Source: Sphagnum compactum (lineage: Eukaryota). Taken from it: a stretch of DNA of 64,000 nucleotides. Below, piece by piece: positions 13,826-26,960 of the stretch. The stretch spans positions 1,302,001-1,366,000 of the forward strand of contig OZ234494.1 in assembly GCA_965153455.1 (NCBI GenBank), given 5' to 3'. Numbering within the stretch: the stretch's first letter is position 1; each line of letters begins with the position of its first letter. The position numbers and the translations under genes are program-made. The notes under the pieces were generated by a model. It did not search any database and was not told the DNA's origin. It worked only from the letters and a program-made list of their open reading frames with translations.

Positions 13826-16080
13826 GGAAACCCTAGCCCTGATCACACATGCTTCCGAACCCTCTCGCCATGTCGGTTGCTGCGACAAAGCGACGAGAAG
13901 AAGCGAGAGAGACAAAGAGCGAGAGGGAGAGAGACACAGAGGGAAATGCAAGAGTGTTCGGCTCCATGGCATCGGTTCTTTCTTCACTCCTGCTGTGGTC
14001 TTTGCCCGCGTTTCTTCCCTCCAGGTATTCTTTTTCCGCAAATCCTGTGCAAAACCCTTTTTTTTTTTTTTTAATTTACCTATCTATAGTCTCCTCCGTT
14101 AGGAACTAATGGCAGCTAATCAAACTGCCAGTCATGATCAAGGTAATAGTCTGATGATGCTTTCTTTGCAAGTGCCACTGACAATGTTTTGACTGCTTCA
14201 ACTCATTCTTGTTGTGTTGGTTTAGGGTTTGGCCGGAACAATCACAACATAATAATACTTAAACTTCAAAATGTTTTTGGTGTTATTTTTCTTTGCAAAT
14301 TTGATAGAGGAAAAAAATTCTATCAAATTTGCAGAGAAAACTCCAAACTTGATATATTTGTATGTTGTTGACATGGTCTTTAAGTAGATTGTTGAGTGCA
14401 GGATAAACCTAAATGCCATGAGTGAGTGTGCTTGCAGATGTGAATTAGATCAACAACTGTGAAAAGAGTTGGGATTATGTGGAAAGATCTCTTCATCTAA
14501 AGTGAATGTTTATGCTCTTGCAGAGTGACTCATACAGGTGAATGTCAAATGCTATGATGATTGGGTAATGAGATTGATGACAAGAGATAGGTTAAAATAT
14601 TGGAAATGAATTCGAAGATTTTTGGCAGGTAGTGGAGATCTTTCATTTTGGCAGTCTGCAAGATATATATTACTGAATTGAGGGAAAAGAGTTTGAGGTT
14701 AGACTAGGTTTTTCATTAGCTCCTTGTTTGATAGTGTATTCCTGGTTTCCCAAAGCACACAATTTTGCATAAATATTCCTTCTACAAGTCAGTCGTGCCC
14801 ATCTGAGATTTGTACCTCCTGTGAAAACACTTCCTGAATATGATGTTGAATGTGTGAGGATGACGATGATGATACTTTCTTAGCAGAGCTGTCTGGAAGG
14901 CATTTGAAAGGTTTCACTGTTTCTGTTACATAGACATAGAGAAGCTTGCAAGATAGACTGAGTCCAAATTTAGGAAATTGAGGCAGATTGTTTGGAAATG
15001 GTATTGTGGTGTAGTCAGTGGAGAGAAAGAAAACAAGCAAAAGAGGGCATAAATTCAAAGTTTTGACACTAACTGGGAGCCAATATTGCTAAGAGCCTAC
15101 TTCCTTTGCTACTGCTATTGCCGCTTTCTATGTAATTGTAGAACCAAATAGGTAGACTCTTTTCAGTTGTGGCACCCACCTTGCTAGGAGGTCATCAATC
15201 ATCCTGGCACCATTTGATCACCAACTATGCATCATACTCTTCAAGCTCTTCTGAACATGTAGGTCCTTCATGCTTGTCTTCTTCACCCTTTTTATACTGT
15301 CTTGGTCTATTTTTAGGTTCTCTAGTCTTTATCAAGTCTTTAGTCCTTACTACATGAGTTCCAGTCTTTGCATCTGCACACTTTGAGAAACCAGATGACA
15401 TGACTCTCAAATGTGCAGGGTGTAGGAGCTTTCAGAGGCCAATGTTTCTTCTTGTTTTCAAAGGTTGGGGGCTAAAAGGCAGCTGTGAAACAAAATCAGT
15501 TTGTTTAACTGATGCATAATTAACATTCTTGGTGTGTGTTTCGCAGGTTTAGGGTTTAGGGTTTACACAGGAAGGCCAGTGCTTGGAAATGAGCTAACTG
15601 ACAAATTTGAACACTTGGGAGGGAGGCCTGGAAAACTGTTCTCTAACAAAAAGGTGATATGCTGTAGTCACAGTGTTCTCAGTTGGTATGGTTTTATTTT
15701 TCCTGATACAAATTCTTTTCCACTGTTAAATTTTCTCAATTTGGGTTCCTACTTTGTGAAAATGTTATAGACCGATGTTTTGGTAGAAGAATATATATGG
15801 TCCTAAAGACAGTTTTTCCTTGTCTTCATACGGAAAGGGTATATCATTATACCAGGGAGCCTGTCACTACAACATACCTAAATCATGGTCAACCACCAGT
15901 ATGTTGAAGTTTTTGTGTTTGAGTAGCTCTTACCATGAAAAGGGCATGTTGATTTTTCTTTTGTAAATGGAGACACTATGGTCAATATTATCAAGCAAAA
16001 ACCCCATTTTTCTTTCGCTTCTGTTGATTGCATTTGTATGTGAAATTCAGGTACATATGTGCAGGGTATAAATAGTGCAT
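13826..16080 (+). other. Putative small spliced gene or lncRNA. Exons ~13830-14024, 14103-14142, 15571-15653 (alternative acceptor 15547), and 16051 or 16065 onward; small ORF MAANQTASHDQGRPVLGNELTDKFEHLGGRPGKLFSNKK...
   Basis: Telobox AAACCCTA at 13828, GA-rich leader, donors cag|gtattc (14025), aag|gtaata (14143), aag|gtgata (15654), acceptors ccgttag (14102), ttacacag (15570), aattcag (16050). Junction phases are consistent, but no homology was recognised. Confidence 0.4.
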
Positions 16081-16636
16081 AGGAATGCTACTAAGAGCAT
16101 GAGGGAAAATTGGAGGTTGTTATATAGTGCAAGAGACAATAGCAAGGCTGATTAATTACAACAATATGAAGCAACCGCTGTGGAATGTGCTCTTCAATGG
16201 CTCTTTTCAGCCAGTGTCAATCCTCTAGAAAGAAGGTTTTGATGTTATCTGAGTTTTGCAAGCCTAAACCAATCTGGTTGAAGTCGGCTGTTAGATTGAC
16301 ATAATAGGTTGAACACGATGGTTGTGAGTTTTTATTCAAGTCTTGCAGCAGGTTCTGTTTTGTTATTTGCTGCATCTTTGTTTATAGAGGATTCCTGCTG
16401 AAAAGAACAAAGGAGCAGAACATGGATTTGTGTTCTCTTTTTGTCAGGCTTGGACCAGCTGCTCAGTATCTTCCTGAGTGCAAAGATGCAGATTGTTTTG
16501 GACATTTGAAATTGTTGCAATTCATTGTGCCGGTAGTAAATGCTGTCACAGTCTTACTACTGGCACAGAAGAGTTTGGAGAAGAGCTTGGATGATGGAGT
16601 CAATTGAGGTAGGAGAGCATGTGAAAGTTGAGGGAT

Positions 16637-16640
<4 letters not shown>

Positions 16641-16677
<37 letters not shown>
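16641..16677. repeat. (GA)n microsatellite
   Basis: Directly visible. Confidence 0.95.
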
Positions 16678-16680
<3 letters not shown>

Positions 16681-17834
16681 ACAGGTTTGTCAGTTTTCAT
16701 CCAGGTTTGCAATGTCACATGAATGGACACAAAAGGGGAGAGACTTATGACAGCAACGAAAATGGTAATGAGTAGCTACTCAAAATCTATCCCTCCCTAC
16801 AAATCTATGCATAGATATGGTAGGGAGCTACCACTTTTTGCCACCCAAATCACACACATGCCATGCAAGATATGCTACATTGTGATTGAACTAAGAAACA
16901 GGTGCATGCATGATTTGCATATTGTGGTTGTTGTCTTGGTGATATTGTCATGGACAATAACACCGTCTTTGACACAGCCTTTGTATGTACGGTGTGGTAT
17001 GTTTTTAGTTTTTACCACTAAGCTTTTTGTATGTCTTTTTCAACATGATACACTAATGGGACTTCACAGCTTTGTGTCAACAGATCATGCTCCTCTAAAG
17101 TATGCGCATTGGGAAGAAGGGAACTGTGAGCCGCATGGGTGCAGTGGGTTCTTCTTCTTCCCCCTCTTTGGAAAATTTGGGGCTTATGTTCTCTTTGCTC
17201 CAAAACCACAAGTTAGTGAACCCAACTCAACCCATGCATAATGTGGGTTTAGGGTTTAGCAAGGTGAGTATTTAAAAGTGTTCAAACTCCACACCTAACA
17301 TAGTGGCCACGTAAATCCTTGGAGAAGGATTAGATGCCTTGAGTTTTGCCATTTAATTATTTCAAGTATGCCCATTCCCATTAGGTTTGTTTTTTGGGTG
17401 GTGATATTGAAAAATTGGTGAATCTTTCCTCCCAAATTTTAAAAAAAAATCATGTCCATCAAAGGCCACACATTTAATCGAAATCCTAAACCCTAAACTC
17501 AAAGTTTTCTCTTAGCTCCCACTCATATTTTCACAAAGAAGGGGAAAAAAGAACCCAAGATGTCCTTCATCAACACCCCAACATTTTCCATATAGAAGTT
17601 CCCCCATATTCCTTTCCTCAAAGGAAAAGAAAAATTAAGCTATGTGTGTTCACATACTACTTACACCCCGCGAGAATCAATGCCCACAAACAACAACAAA
17701 ATGTGTCAAATATAAAGTTGTGGGGGGAACAAACTAACTAAGGTGTGTTTCAATGTACTACTTATGTCCTTCATCAATGCCCCCTACAAGCAAATGACAC
17801 AATGTGTCCTATGGTTTATTGAATTTGAAGGCTT

Positions 17835-17838
<4 letters not shown>

Positions 17839-17870
<32 letters not shown>

Positions 17871-17891
17871 TGTGTGTGTGTGTGTGTGTGT
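17839..17891. repeat. Compound (AG)n(TG)n microsatellite
   Basis: Directly visible. Confidence 0.95.
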
Positions 17892-19310
17892 AATGTACAC
17901 ATGATCTCAACAAAGAGTTTCCATATACCTACTTTTGTATGCTTCACCACCATGGCCATACCGGGCATACCATCTCACTACATACTTAACACATCATCCA
18001 TGTACAAGGTTTCATGTTCTTGGCCATACCGTGAGGCTTGAAGAACTTCAACCGTTGCATTCGCTTAACACCACTTCAAAAGACTTATTGCTCGAATAAC
18101 CTCGGGGTATCATTACCATAGGATCTATTATGGAGAGGGGATTCGGAGTGATGGAAAGTGAGACTACATAGATTTGGCTTTCCATAGGGACTTCAGGAAT
18201 TTTGGCCTTTTGAATTGTTGAAAAAAAAATTTAAGATTATTATGTTAGGGAAAACTTGGGGTTGTCATGCTTTTTTGATTGCTTCGGACTCATCATAAAT
18301 TATATATAATTCAAATATGCCCACCACCTTTTGGCCCCTCAAGAAACCCCTCCCCACAAGTACACAAATGGGTGTTACTAACCCTAACCAACCCCGCTCA
18401 AAACATGATTCCCATGGCTAGAAATGGGTGAAGAAAAAATCATTGAAGTAGGTAAACCATACAGAGCTAGAGTTAGGGTTTCTGGTAAAAAAAGCTGTTA
18501 CAAAGCTAGGGTTTTCCGCTAGGTTAGGCATGGCTTGATAGATAGTTGCAAAGGAGGAAAGAGTGAGCAAATCTTGCTTGGGTGGGGACCTATAACTAGT
18601 TGTTTGTTTTAGGGTGGAATAATGAAGAGTAGTTATAGATCTTTTATGAATCACGCGATTTGCATTCACCATTCATGGTTTGCATCGTCATCACCAATCG
18701 CACGTATGAGTAGTAGGGTTGTTATACAACCCATTGCATTTACGTTCGAGAGAACCTATACAAATACGATATACACCATGGCTCTCCGATGAGCTTTGGA
18801 TGAGAACCCAAGATAGGGGGGGTGCGGATGAGTTAGAGGTACCACAATTTGCATTTCATCAGCTAGTTTTGGAGCTACCCCCCTAAAGCTTAGGTGTTGT
18901 TGGTACATACCGTGGGATTGTGCATAGTCCAACAACATGTAAGTACACACCAAAGGGTCTTTCACCACCTACCGACTTAGTATTTTACTTTGACATGAGG
19001 TGATTTCCGTGATCATGAAGCGGCAAGGTGCATAACACAAACCATTGAGGAGGGCTTCTTAACTACAATGTTTTTTGGAAAAGGACATAAGGTAATAATA
19101 TTATGTTGTATCTTTGGTAAGGAATAATTCATTGGCAAACCGCCATACCATACGAAAGAATTCTTTCACCAATTATGATGATAAATGGTGTCAGATTAGA
19201 AATCCCTAGAGTCAAGTCCCCTAATGAAGTTAGGCCTTCTTCTACAGCTAAAATTTCATCCAAGATACTTGAATAAATAAATGGGCTATTGAACATTTTA
19301 GTTTGATAAC

Positions 19311-19788
19311 CAAAGGGTTATCTTTGGTTATGGTTATTGAACAAAAAAAAAAGTTTAATGGGCACTTGACATTTTTTTAACCCATCAACTATTTGTTCCA
19401 AATGAGTTAAATTAAACCCAATAACCTATTAAATGTTAATTGAGTTCAATTAACCCATTAACTTTATATGGGTTAGTTAATGGGTTTAGTTTTAAAAATA
19501 GGTAAAAAATTTGAAGATGAATTTATTATACTTTTTCCCAACTTTGCAAAACTCTGTGCTTATACACCGTCCAAATGGGTTATCTTTGGTTATGGAACAA
19601 AAGAAGATAATAATAGGTAATTGAAAATTTTAACCCATCAACTATTTGTCCAAATAAGTTAAATTAAACCCAATAACCCATTAAGTTTATATGGATTAAT
19701 TAGTGGGTTTAACTAAGATATAGGTAAAATTTGACGATTAATTTATACTTTTTTTCCAACTTCCCAAAACTCCACGCTTACACCGTCC
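19311..19788. repeat. Head-to-tail duplication (~260 + ~215 bp)
   Basis: Both units start gggttatctttggttatgg, contain taacccatcaactatttgt and aattaaacccaataacc, and end tacaccgtcc (19572 and 19788). Confidence 0.9.
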
Positions 19789-21368
19789 ATTCTTTCACAA
19801 CTAGAAAGGATATCATGATCATGAATTCCTTTATGGTCATGTAGGAACTTGATGTCCTATATATGATTGGCAACACGGTATGGTGTGTACATACGGTATG
19901 AATTGAGAAATTAAGGGGATTGTTTTTGCCACCAGATGAAATGAATGTTATGTTGTAATCAAAACCACTTTGAGTACTCGAGGAGGTAGCCCTCATGTCA
20001 GCTCAGTTCAGTGAATGAGAGAGCAGCTATCCAAATCATCGCTTCGCTTTGCCCCAATTTAATCAACAATCATATGAATCATGGAGCTGCAAATGCACCA
20101 GGAGGAGCAAGCCCTAAATAAATAAACAATAAATAAATAAATAAATAGGTTTTAATAATTTTCTTTTTGCACTTCACACAAAACATGCACTTCACTCGGT
20201 CATTAAATTAAATTGTGCGTTTTTCAGGTTCATTTGTCTCCTCCAAATCAAAAAAACGAGCTTTAGCAATTTGTGCTTATGTAGTGTACAACATCCCCAC
20301 GGTAGGTTCATTCCCAAAATAAAAGGGCCCTAAGGCTATGTGATAAGTGTTTTTCAAAATGGGAAGCACTAATTTGGGCACGGACTAAAAAACTTAATAC
20401 CAAGTGCTTGCTTGCTTGTACATAGAGAGCATTGAAGACAAGTGGTAAAATTTTCCCAAACCCTAAAATAACCCACCCACCACAATCCATTGAATGATTA
20501 TTAAGGATGGAATTTATATTTGAAGAAATAGGTTTTTTTAAAAAAAATAAAAAATAAAAATTGGGGGGCAACATGGAGACCATGTGAATGACCTCATGGG
20601 TCAAGGCATTCATGATTACATCACCGAGCATGTGTTCCCATGAGATTTGCTTATCATTGTCTTTATTGACATGGGGACATGTAGGAAAATGGGACATGGG
20701 ACATATGGGAGAGAAGTAAAAAGCCAATGATAAGAATCTTATTCCTCTAACCTAAAAGAGGGTTTTTGTACCCTTTTTATGTATGTACTTAGCCCACTTG
20801 AACAATTTGGGTGTTGTTTCAAAAAAGGGTTTAGGGTTTAGGGTTTGCACTTTCCATAGCTCAAAGTGGTTTGTTCTTCATACCCGGAAAAGGAGATGGA
20901 AAAAAGACTCGAGTTGAAAAGCTTCAAAAAATTAATACATATTGAACGAATTTTGTAGGGCATTGTAAACCCTAAAAAAGCATTGAGTCATTTATCCTCT
21001 TATTTTAGAACTTGTCCAATGCAACTAAAAATATCATTAACAAATATAATGTAATAATACTCTTGCAAGGAATTGTGTTATAATTTTTTTTTTAAAACAT
21101 TTGGTGGAAAATCTTTTGTGAAAGATTGTCATATGATTGTTTTGAGTTAGATTGGAGGAAATTTCACCCAATTTATGCTAAAATTTCAATATGCTAGAAA
21201 GAGTTGAATTATTTTAATTTTATTTGAAGGTAGCCAAAAATATAGAATTTTTTAAAATAATTAATTAATTATTTTACTTTCATACCTTTTTTTTAAAACA
21301 GTCATACTTTTTGGCTAAATCTTAATATATGGAGGATATATATATATATGTATATATTGCATGGTCAA

Positions 21369-21996
21369 ATCTGCCGGATATAACCTGATGCATATCCTGT
21401 GGGTTTCTGTATGCACTTGAGAGCAATGCAGCCTAATCAGTGTTTCCTTTTCAAAAGGATTCTGACAAGGGGCCCCCCTCATCCGGATATCTATCTATCT
21501 ATCTATCCACCCCGCGTGTCATGCGGTTATTTAATTTATACCGAACCGTTAGCTACTTCTGGATTTTTTTTAACGATTTCAACACGGGCTTTGCTTGAAA
21601 GAACCGGCGGTTCAATATAAAAAAGAAGCAGCAATGATGTACCCTACCTGGCGGTTTTGTGGCCAATTATTTCGATTTTTTCAAAATTTTGAAAATTGTG
21701 ATTGTGCACCAAATAACCGGGGTCTACGATTTGTCAAGAGAACCGTGGTTACGAATCCTGACAACCTGCCTGACAACCTCCGGGTGTCTGCTCCTGTTTT
21801 CAAATAACTGGCCCGACACTGGGCGGGTATATCACATTGCATATATCACCCGAGTAAGCGCTAACATTAATAAATTGTCAATATATTTAAATGTGTGGGT
21901 GTGTGTGTGTGTGTATATATACCCGCTGGGTAAAGGTAATGCACTCAGAGGTATTTGGTGGTTTATATACTCACGGTTATATCAGGGTAACAGACT
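21369..21996. mobile_element. Possible non-autonomous DNA transposon, GC-richer than its flanks
   Basis: Ends tctgccggatataacc and ggttatatcagggtaacaga are imperfect inverted repeats. Repeated internal aaccg/cggtt motifs; lies next to a TA microsatellite. Confidence 0.35.
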
Positions 21997-22089
21997 TCCC
22001 CACCCAACATGGGTTGCTAAGTAAGTCCTGCCACTCCCTCTTCTCATGAGATAAATTTTAGTGACATTAGTTTGTCACTGAGAACAAGG

Positions 22090-22382
22090 GATATGTGTGT
22101 CAATTACACTATGGCCTTGCCATTTTACATTAAAAAGGGATCTTAAGGCAAAAGAAAGAAGAATGATGGAAACTCAAATATTTCACCATGAAAAAAACCT
22201 GGACTTAGGGTTTAGGGTTTAGGGTTTAAACCCTAAATCCCTCTAAAAGAAACCAAAATCCTTCAAGATATTATATAACTCTATAATAACTAATCTCAAG
22301 TTTCAACACAATAGCCAAAAAAGATCATCTTTCAAAGAAATCCTCATATAAAAATAGACCTATTATTACCTAGGGGTCAAAA
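22090..22382 (+). repeat. Dispersed ~300-450 bp repeat family, copy 1
   Basis: Shares ...aaggcaaaagaagaatgatg.aa.tcaaatatttcaccatg...ctctaaaagaaaccaaaatccttcaagata...taatctcaagtttcaacaca...atataaaaatagacc with copies at 24.3, 28.0 and (inverted) 50.2 kb. Confidence 0.85.
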
Positions 22383-22542
22383 TTAGTTGTCTATTGGCCT
22401 CCCCTACTTGGTTCAATTTGATGCACATTTGTTTTTATAACACTTCAGTCCCTTTCTTTAAAACTTATTTATAATTATAAGAAATTTATAATTTTTTTTT
22501 TTAAAATTATTAAAAAAAAACAAAAAAAACATAACATATACC

Positions 22543-22964
22543 TAAGAAGGACATCCTCACCACAAGTGCTCAGTATGTGACCCCCCCCCCTTGCAAAAAA
22601 TATTTCTCACATCCAAGTTCAGTTATTGACCTTTTTGCAACCCCCACCCATAAAACTGAAACTAGGAACTGCAAATTGGTGGGAACTAACTACCAATAGC
22701 AAACCACCTGGACCAATCATTATGTTTGACCAATCAATCAAGACAAGACAGGGAGAAGCAGTCAGTCAGATCCTATTTATTACGCTCTTCTCTAGCAGGT
22801 GCACAGGTTTTGCTTTGCTGCGCCTTTTAACAGCTCAGCAAACCAAGCACATGAGAGAGAGCGTAATAAACCATTTCCCTGAGCTAAACCGGCACGTTTT
22901 GACTTTTCTTCATCTGAATTCAATGTTCAGGGTCACATATGGAGCACCAGTGGGGATGTTCTTA
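22543..22964. mobile_element. Tourist/PIF-Harbinger-like MITE (~420 bp)
   Basis: Imperfect terminal inverted repeats: ctaagaaggacatcctcaccacaagtgctcagtatgtgaccc vs gggtcacatatggagcaccagtggggatgttcttag. Flanked by TAA/TTA; no credible coding capacity. Confidence 0.65.
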
Positions 22965-23640
22965 GACCCATCTCCACCCAAGAGGGATTTTAGCATTAAA
23001 TCACACAACAGGTTTTTAGAACTTGTCTAAATAGTTTTTAAAACTAATGACAAAATGCTACCAAACTATAATAATCAGAGTCAAAATGTGGTGAATTTTT
23101 TTTTTCCCCCCCAAAAAAAAAATCCCAAAAGTTGGCAATTTTTTCAGGAAAAAAAAAAGGAAATATCGTGACAAAACATTCCTTTTGTATTTGTATTTTT
23201 CTTATTTTGGCAAAATTTTCGGCTCAAAAAAAAATTAAACACTATTCCTCACCCAAAAACATGAAAAAGTGGACAAAAATAATAAGTGAGAGAGACTATT
23301 TAAATATCACCACCTGGGCCAATCATTATAGTCGACCATAGCAAAACAACCACTCCGTTTAAGGTTTAGGGTTTAGGGTTTAGGTCATGATACCCCTAAA
23401 CGTCACGGTAAACCCTAACCCCGTATTTACAAATGGAGTTTCACACTATTTGGGTACCACCCTTCATCCAAGTAGAGTGTACAGGCCATTATTTTACAAA
23501 TAATATGTGTGTGTAAACCCTAAATACCCCAAAACTCAAAAAGCCAAATACACAAAATGCACAATGCAATGGCAAGAAAAAAAACACTGCAATGAATTTT
23601 CAAGTGTAATTTTGAGTAGCATTTTCTAATAACACTTTCA

Positions 23641-23869
23641 AAGGTCCATTCAATTCACACTTGGTGTTAAGGACTAACTCTAGTATTAAGTCCCTTAACA
23701 CGAAGCTAGTCATTTAGGACCTAAACCTATTTACCATGAAGATTTTCTGTTAAGTTAACAATTCAATTTAATGTTAAACAATCACCCATTTAACACTGAC
23801 TGGGTGCCACCTAAGATGCCACCTAGATTTTCACTTAACACTCTTAAACACTAGGTGTGAATGCACCTT
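23641..23869. mobile_element. MITE (~230 bp) with terminal inverted repeats
   Basis: Left end aaggtccattc(aattc)acacttggtgtt; the right end aacactaggtgtgaatgcacctt reverse-complements to aaggtgcattcacacctagtgtt. Confidence 0.6.
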
Positions 23870-24330
23870 GAATCTTAAAAGGAGGTGTTTATGAATGAAT
23901 GTACCATTAACTCTTTTAAAGTCTGCCAACAACTACTGCAAAACACTTACTTGGAGATGAAAAAAATAACATCCAAATTGAGATTCAGAATTTCTCTTGG
24001 TTTGCAGAGACACTGGTTCTTGTCTGTCCAGTGCAAAACATTCCCACAACTTATTAGTAAGATTTGCTGCACAATTGTTTTATTGTTAATAATGAATATA
24101 AAATAATAATAATAATCAGTCCATCAACAGACTCTATAGAGTCTAGGCCATCCTTTCTATTGTAGTCTTAATAAGCAGCAGCAGCAGCAAAACTTGGCTT
24201 CCATAACCAGCAGAACACACACACTTGTTGGCACCTTCTTTTTAATAATAGTACAATTGGTCAGAGTGTGCAAATTTCTCCAATGCTTTCTTGACCCATC
24301 ATAGAGAGATAGATCATTCAGCCATCATAA

Positions 24331-24780
24331 CAAGGGGGTGTGTCACACTAACTGTGGCCTTGCAATTCACAGTTAAAAAGTATCTATCTCACAAGGCAAA
24401 AGAAGAATGATGAAAATTCAAATATTTCACCATGCCAACAAAATATAATCTTCAAAAAAACCCTCTAAACGAAACCAAAATCCTTGAAGATATTGTAACT
24501 CTCTAACTAATCTCAAGTTTCATCACAAGCCAAAATATCAGATTCTTTCAAATTAGAAAATTCAACATATTCTATTCTATGGGTTGTTTTTGAATCAATA
24601 ATTGTCTCATCATACAAATGTTTTGTGCTTTCTTTTCTTTGCAAACCATGAAAAATTTTGTGTTCTTTTCATATAAAAAATAGACTTACTACTTAAACTT
24701 AGGGCCAAAATCCCTTAAGCTACTATATTCTATAATAAATCTAAACACAATAGTCTTGCCTTGATAGGCAAGGCCAATAA
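24331..24780 (+). repeat. Dispersed repeat family, copy 2 (with a ~120 bp internal insertion near 24553-24670)
   Basis: Colinear with copies 1 and 3, extending to atcccttaagctactat.ctat...tctaaacacaa...cttgccttg.taggc. Confidence 0.85.
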
Positions 24781-26519
24781 AGGGGGTTCAATTTCTTGTG
24801 ACTTGGACTTGAATTGAGATTCAAATGGTGGAACTAACTTTTTGCTAAAACTAGAATTGAAGTTAGAATTTTGAAAAAAATTATAACAAACATAAGTTTA
24901 AATTCTTTAGGTAAAGCAACAAGTTTAACTTTTTTGAAAAGTTGACAAGTAGGTGAAATTTTATAGATAATTGATTGGTTTTTATTTAATTGTAAAACTT
25001 TGTATCCAGGCATCCTCAATTTGAATTTGGTTTTATTTATTTTTACATATATAATATAAAGTTCTTGAAGAGTGTGTAATGTGTACATGAAATTAGAGTT
25101 AATTTTCAAAATCAAGCTTGAAGATTCTTGAATTTGAAAAAATGCGTTGAAATTAGAATCACAAGTTTTAGAAATATGCAAAACCAAGCTCAAACCCACA
25201 ACCAAAAAAACCTAGCCAAAAAAATGGTATCATATTTTTCTTTTAAGGAAGAACCAACCAATGCTAAAAAGAACTTGGTATTTTACACAATTTGTCATAA
25301 CTTAGTGGTACCCAATGTCAAGCATGTTAAAATTGATAATAAACCCATAATTTAAATTATTAACCACATTTTGGAGAGGAAATGCCACCATTTCATTGCA
25401 AATTATGATTATAATGATTTCATTTATGATTTGTATATGTATTGTCACACTACAAATTGTCTATGTTAAAAGGTCCCCCATTTAATGTAAAATGTTAGAT
25501 CTCAAATAATTTCAAGATTGCATCACATAATCATCTTCTTTCTTGCAATAGCCATCAAGCCTTCAACTAAAATTTTTAAACCCAAATAAATATATGACAG
25601 CAAAATTAAATACAAATGTAAAATTTTAATTAAATTTATGGTGATTTAAATATGCAAATATTTAAATTCTAGAAAATAATAGGGTGGGAAAAATAAAACT
25701 CTTTCACATCATGCCCCCAAAAAATACTCTCTTTGACACACATAGTGACCAAACCCCCTCCCCCTTATTTTTAATTTTTATAAAACATATTGTTTATGTC
25801 TTTACATAAATATTTATTATTGCAATGAATTAAAGATGTATTAGGGTGGCAAGAGGAAAGACATGATGAATATAAATATAATAAAATAAATGAAATGTCA
25901 ATTGCAAATTTTTAAAAAAAATACAAAATGACTTAGTATATCACTATTCAATGATCATATACACTCAAACAACAATATGTTTTTATACATTATGTTTCGG
26001 AAGTCCATAAGTTTGTGAATTTCTCCAAAACTCATTTAATGAAATTGATGAAACATTATTTTTTTTCATCCACAATGGACTAATATCATGCATCATTATT
26101 CATTTTTTTCATCCATAGTAGGTTCTTAGAAAGGTGTTCAAAAAAGGTTCTTCAGAAGGTGGGCCATATAAAAGTTTATATAAAAATTACATTAAGTTAA
26201 GTCCACAAATGGATATAACAAAATGTTATTCCCCCAATTACATTGAAAATGTTCAATTGCTCATATTTCATGTATGACTTATGTTTTAAGCTTGATCCTT
26301 TTCATTTGCTTTGATATGCTTTGCAACCAACATGTGCTAACAATATGGTTATTGTTACATGTGATTGTATCTATGGAGTTAAGGGTATGATGTTGTTGTG
26401 GTTTGTGACATTTTTACATTTATTGTTTAGCAAGTTGGTTACCTTGTTTAAAAAGTTGGTTTTCATGTAACCGTGTATAAGAACACACGTATTGTTGTCC
26501 TTTTAAAGCTCGTATCATT

Positions 26520-26960
26520 ATTTGAACACATTCCCATCATCCTTTCCAAGGATGAAAGATGAGGTGGTGCACATTTTGATACTCCTTTCATTGTTGACAA
26601 TAACACATACTATTCTTCTTTCTTTGAAGTCTCTACATATGGAGTGGCATCCATCTTTGAGATTATTAATCCATGTCAAGAAAAATAAACTACAAGAATT
26701 AACAACTTGAAAATAAATTTCCTCTTTTGGCGGGTAATATATGGCTATTTACACAACACATAATTTTTTAATTTTTTTTCAACCTACTCACTAACAAAGT
26801 CCAAAACTCCAAAGCTCCACCATGGTGTTCTTTCTTTTACCCATTTTTACTTACTTTCTTTCAAGCAATGGGTTTTTCCTAAATTACCAAATCTTCAAGG
26901 ATCCTCCATTCTAAGTCGAATAGTACTTAGTTGTGTTTGGTTCCACTTGTTGGGAGCCCC
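26520..26960 (+). pseudogene. Highly decayed restriction-like endonuclease / C-terminal region of a CRE-like LINE
   Basis: Fragments across frames: YGVASI, IYGYLH and FKQWVFPKLPNLQGSSILSRIV. Their order parallels the RLE motifs (K..KY, P.A.E.FG.LH, QRVS..LQR..A..IL.R). Confidence 0.4.

Noticed and set aside
14150-14680. C/D-box-like TGATGA and CTGA motifs in an intron
   Set aside because: No terminal stem or recognisable rRNA guide; such motifs are expected by chance.
16723-17241. 172-aa ORF and similar 100-150 aa ORFs in AT-rich DNA (20308-, 22626+, 24834-, 29431+, 33276+)
   Set aside because: Non-protein-like composition, located in repeats or MITEs, no motifs or splice support.
17900-19250. 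Possible retroelement gag-like remnant on the minus strand
   Set aside because: No diagnostic motif (zinc knuckle, protease, RT, integrase) or LTR pair could be identified.
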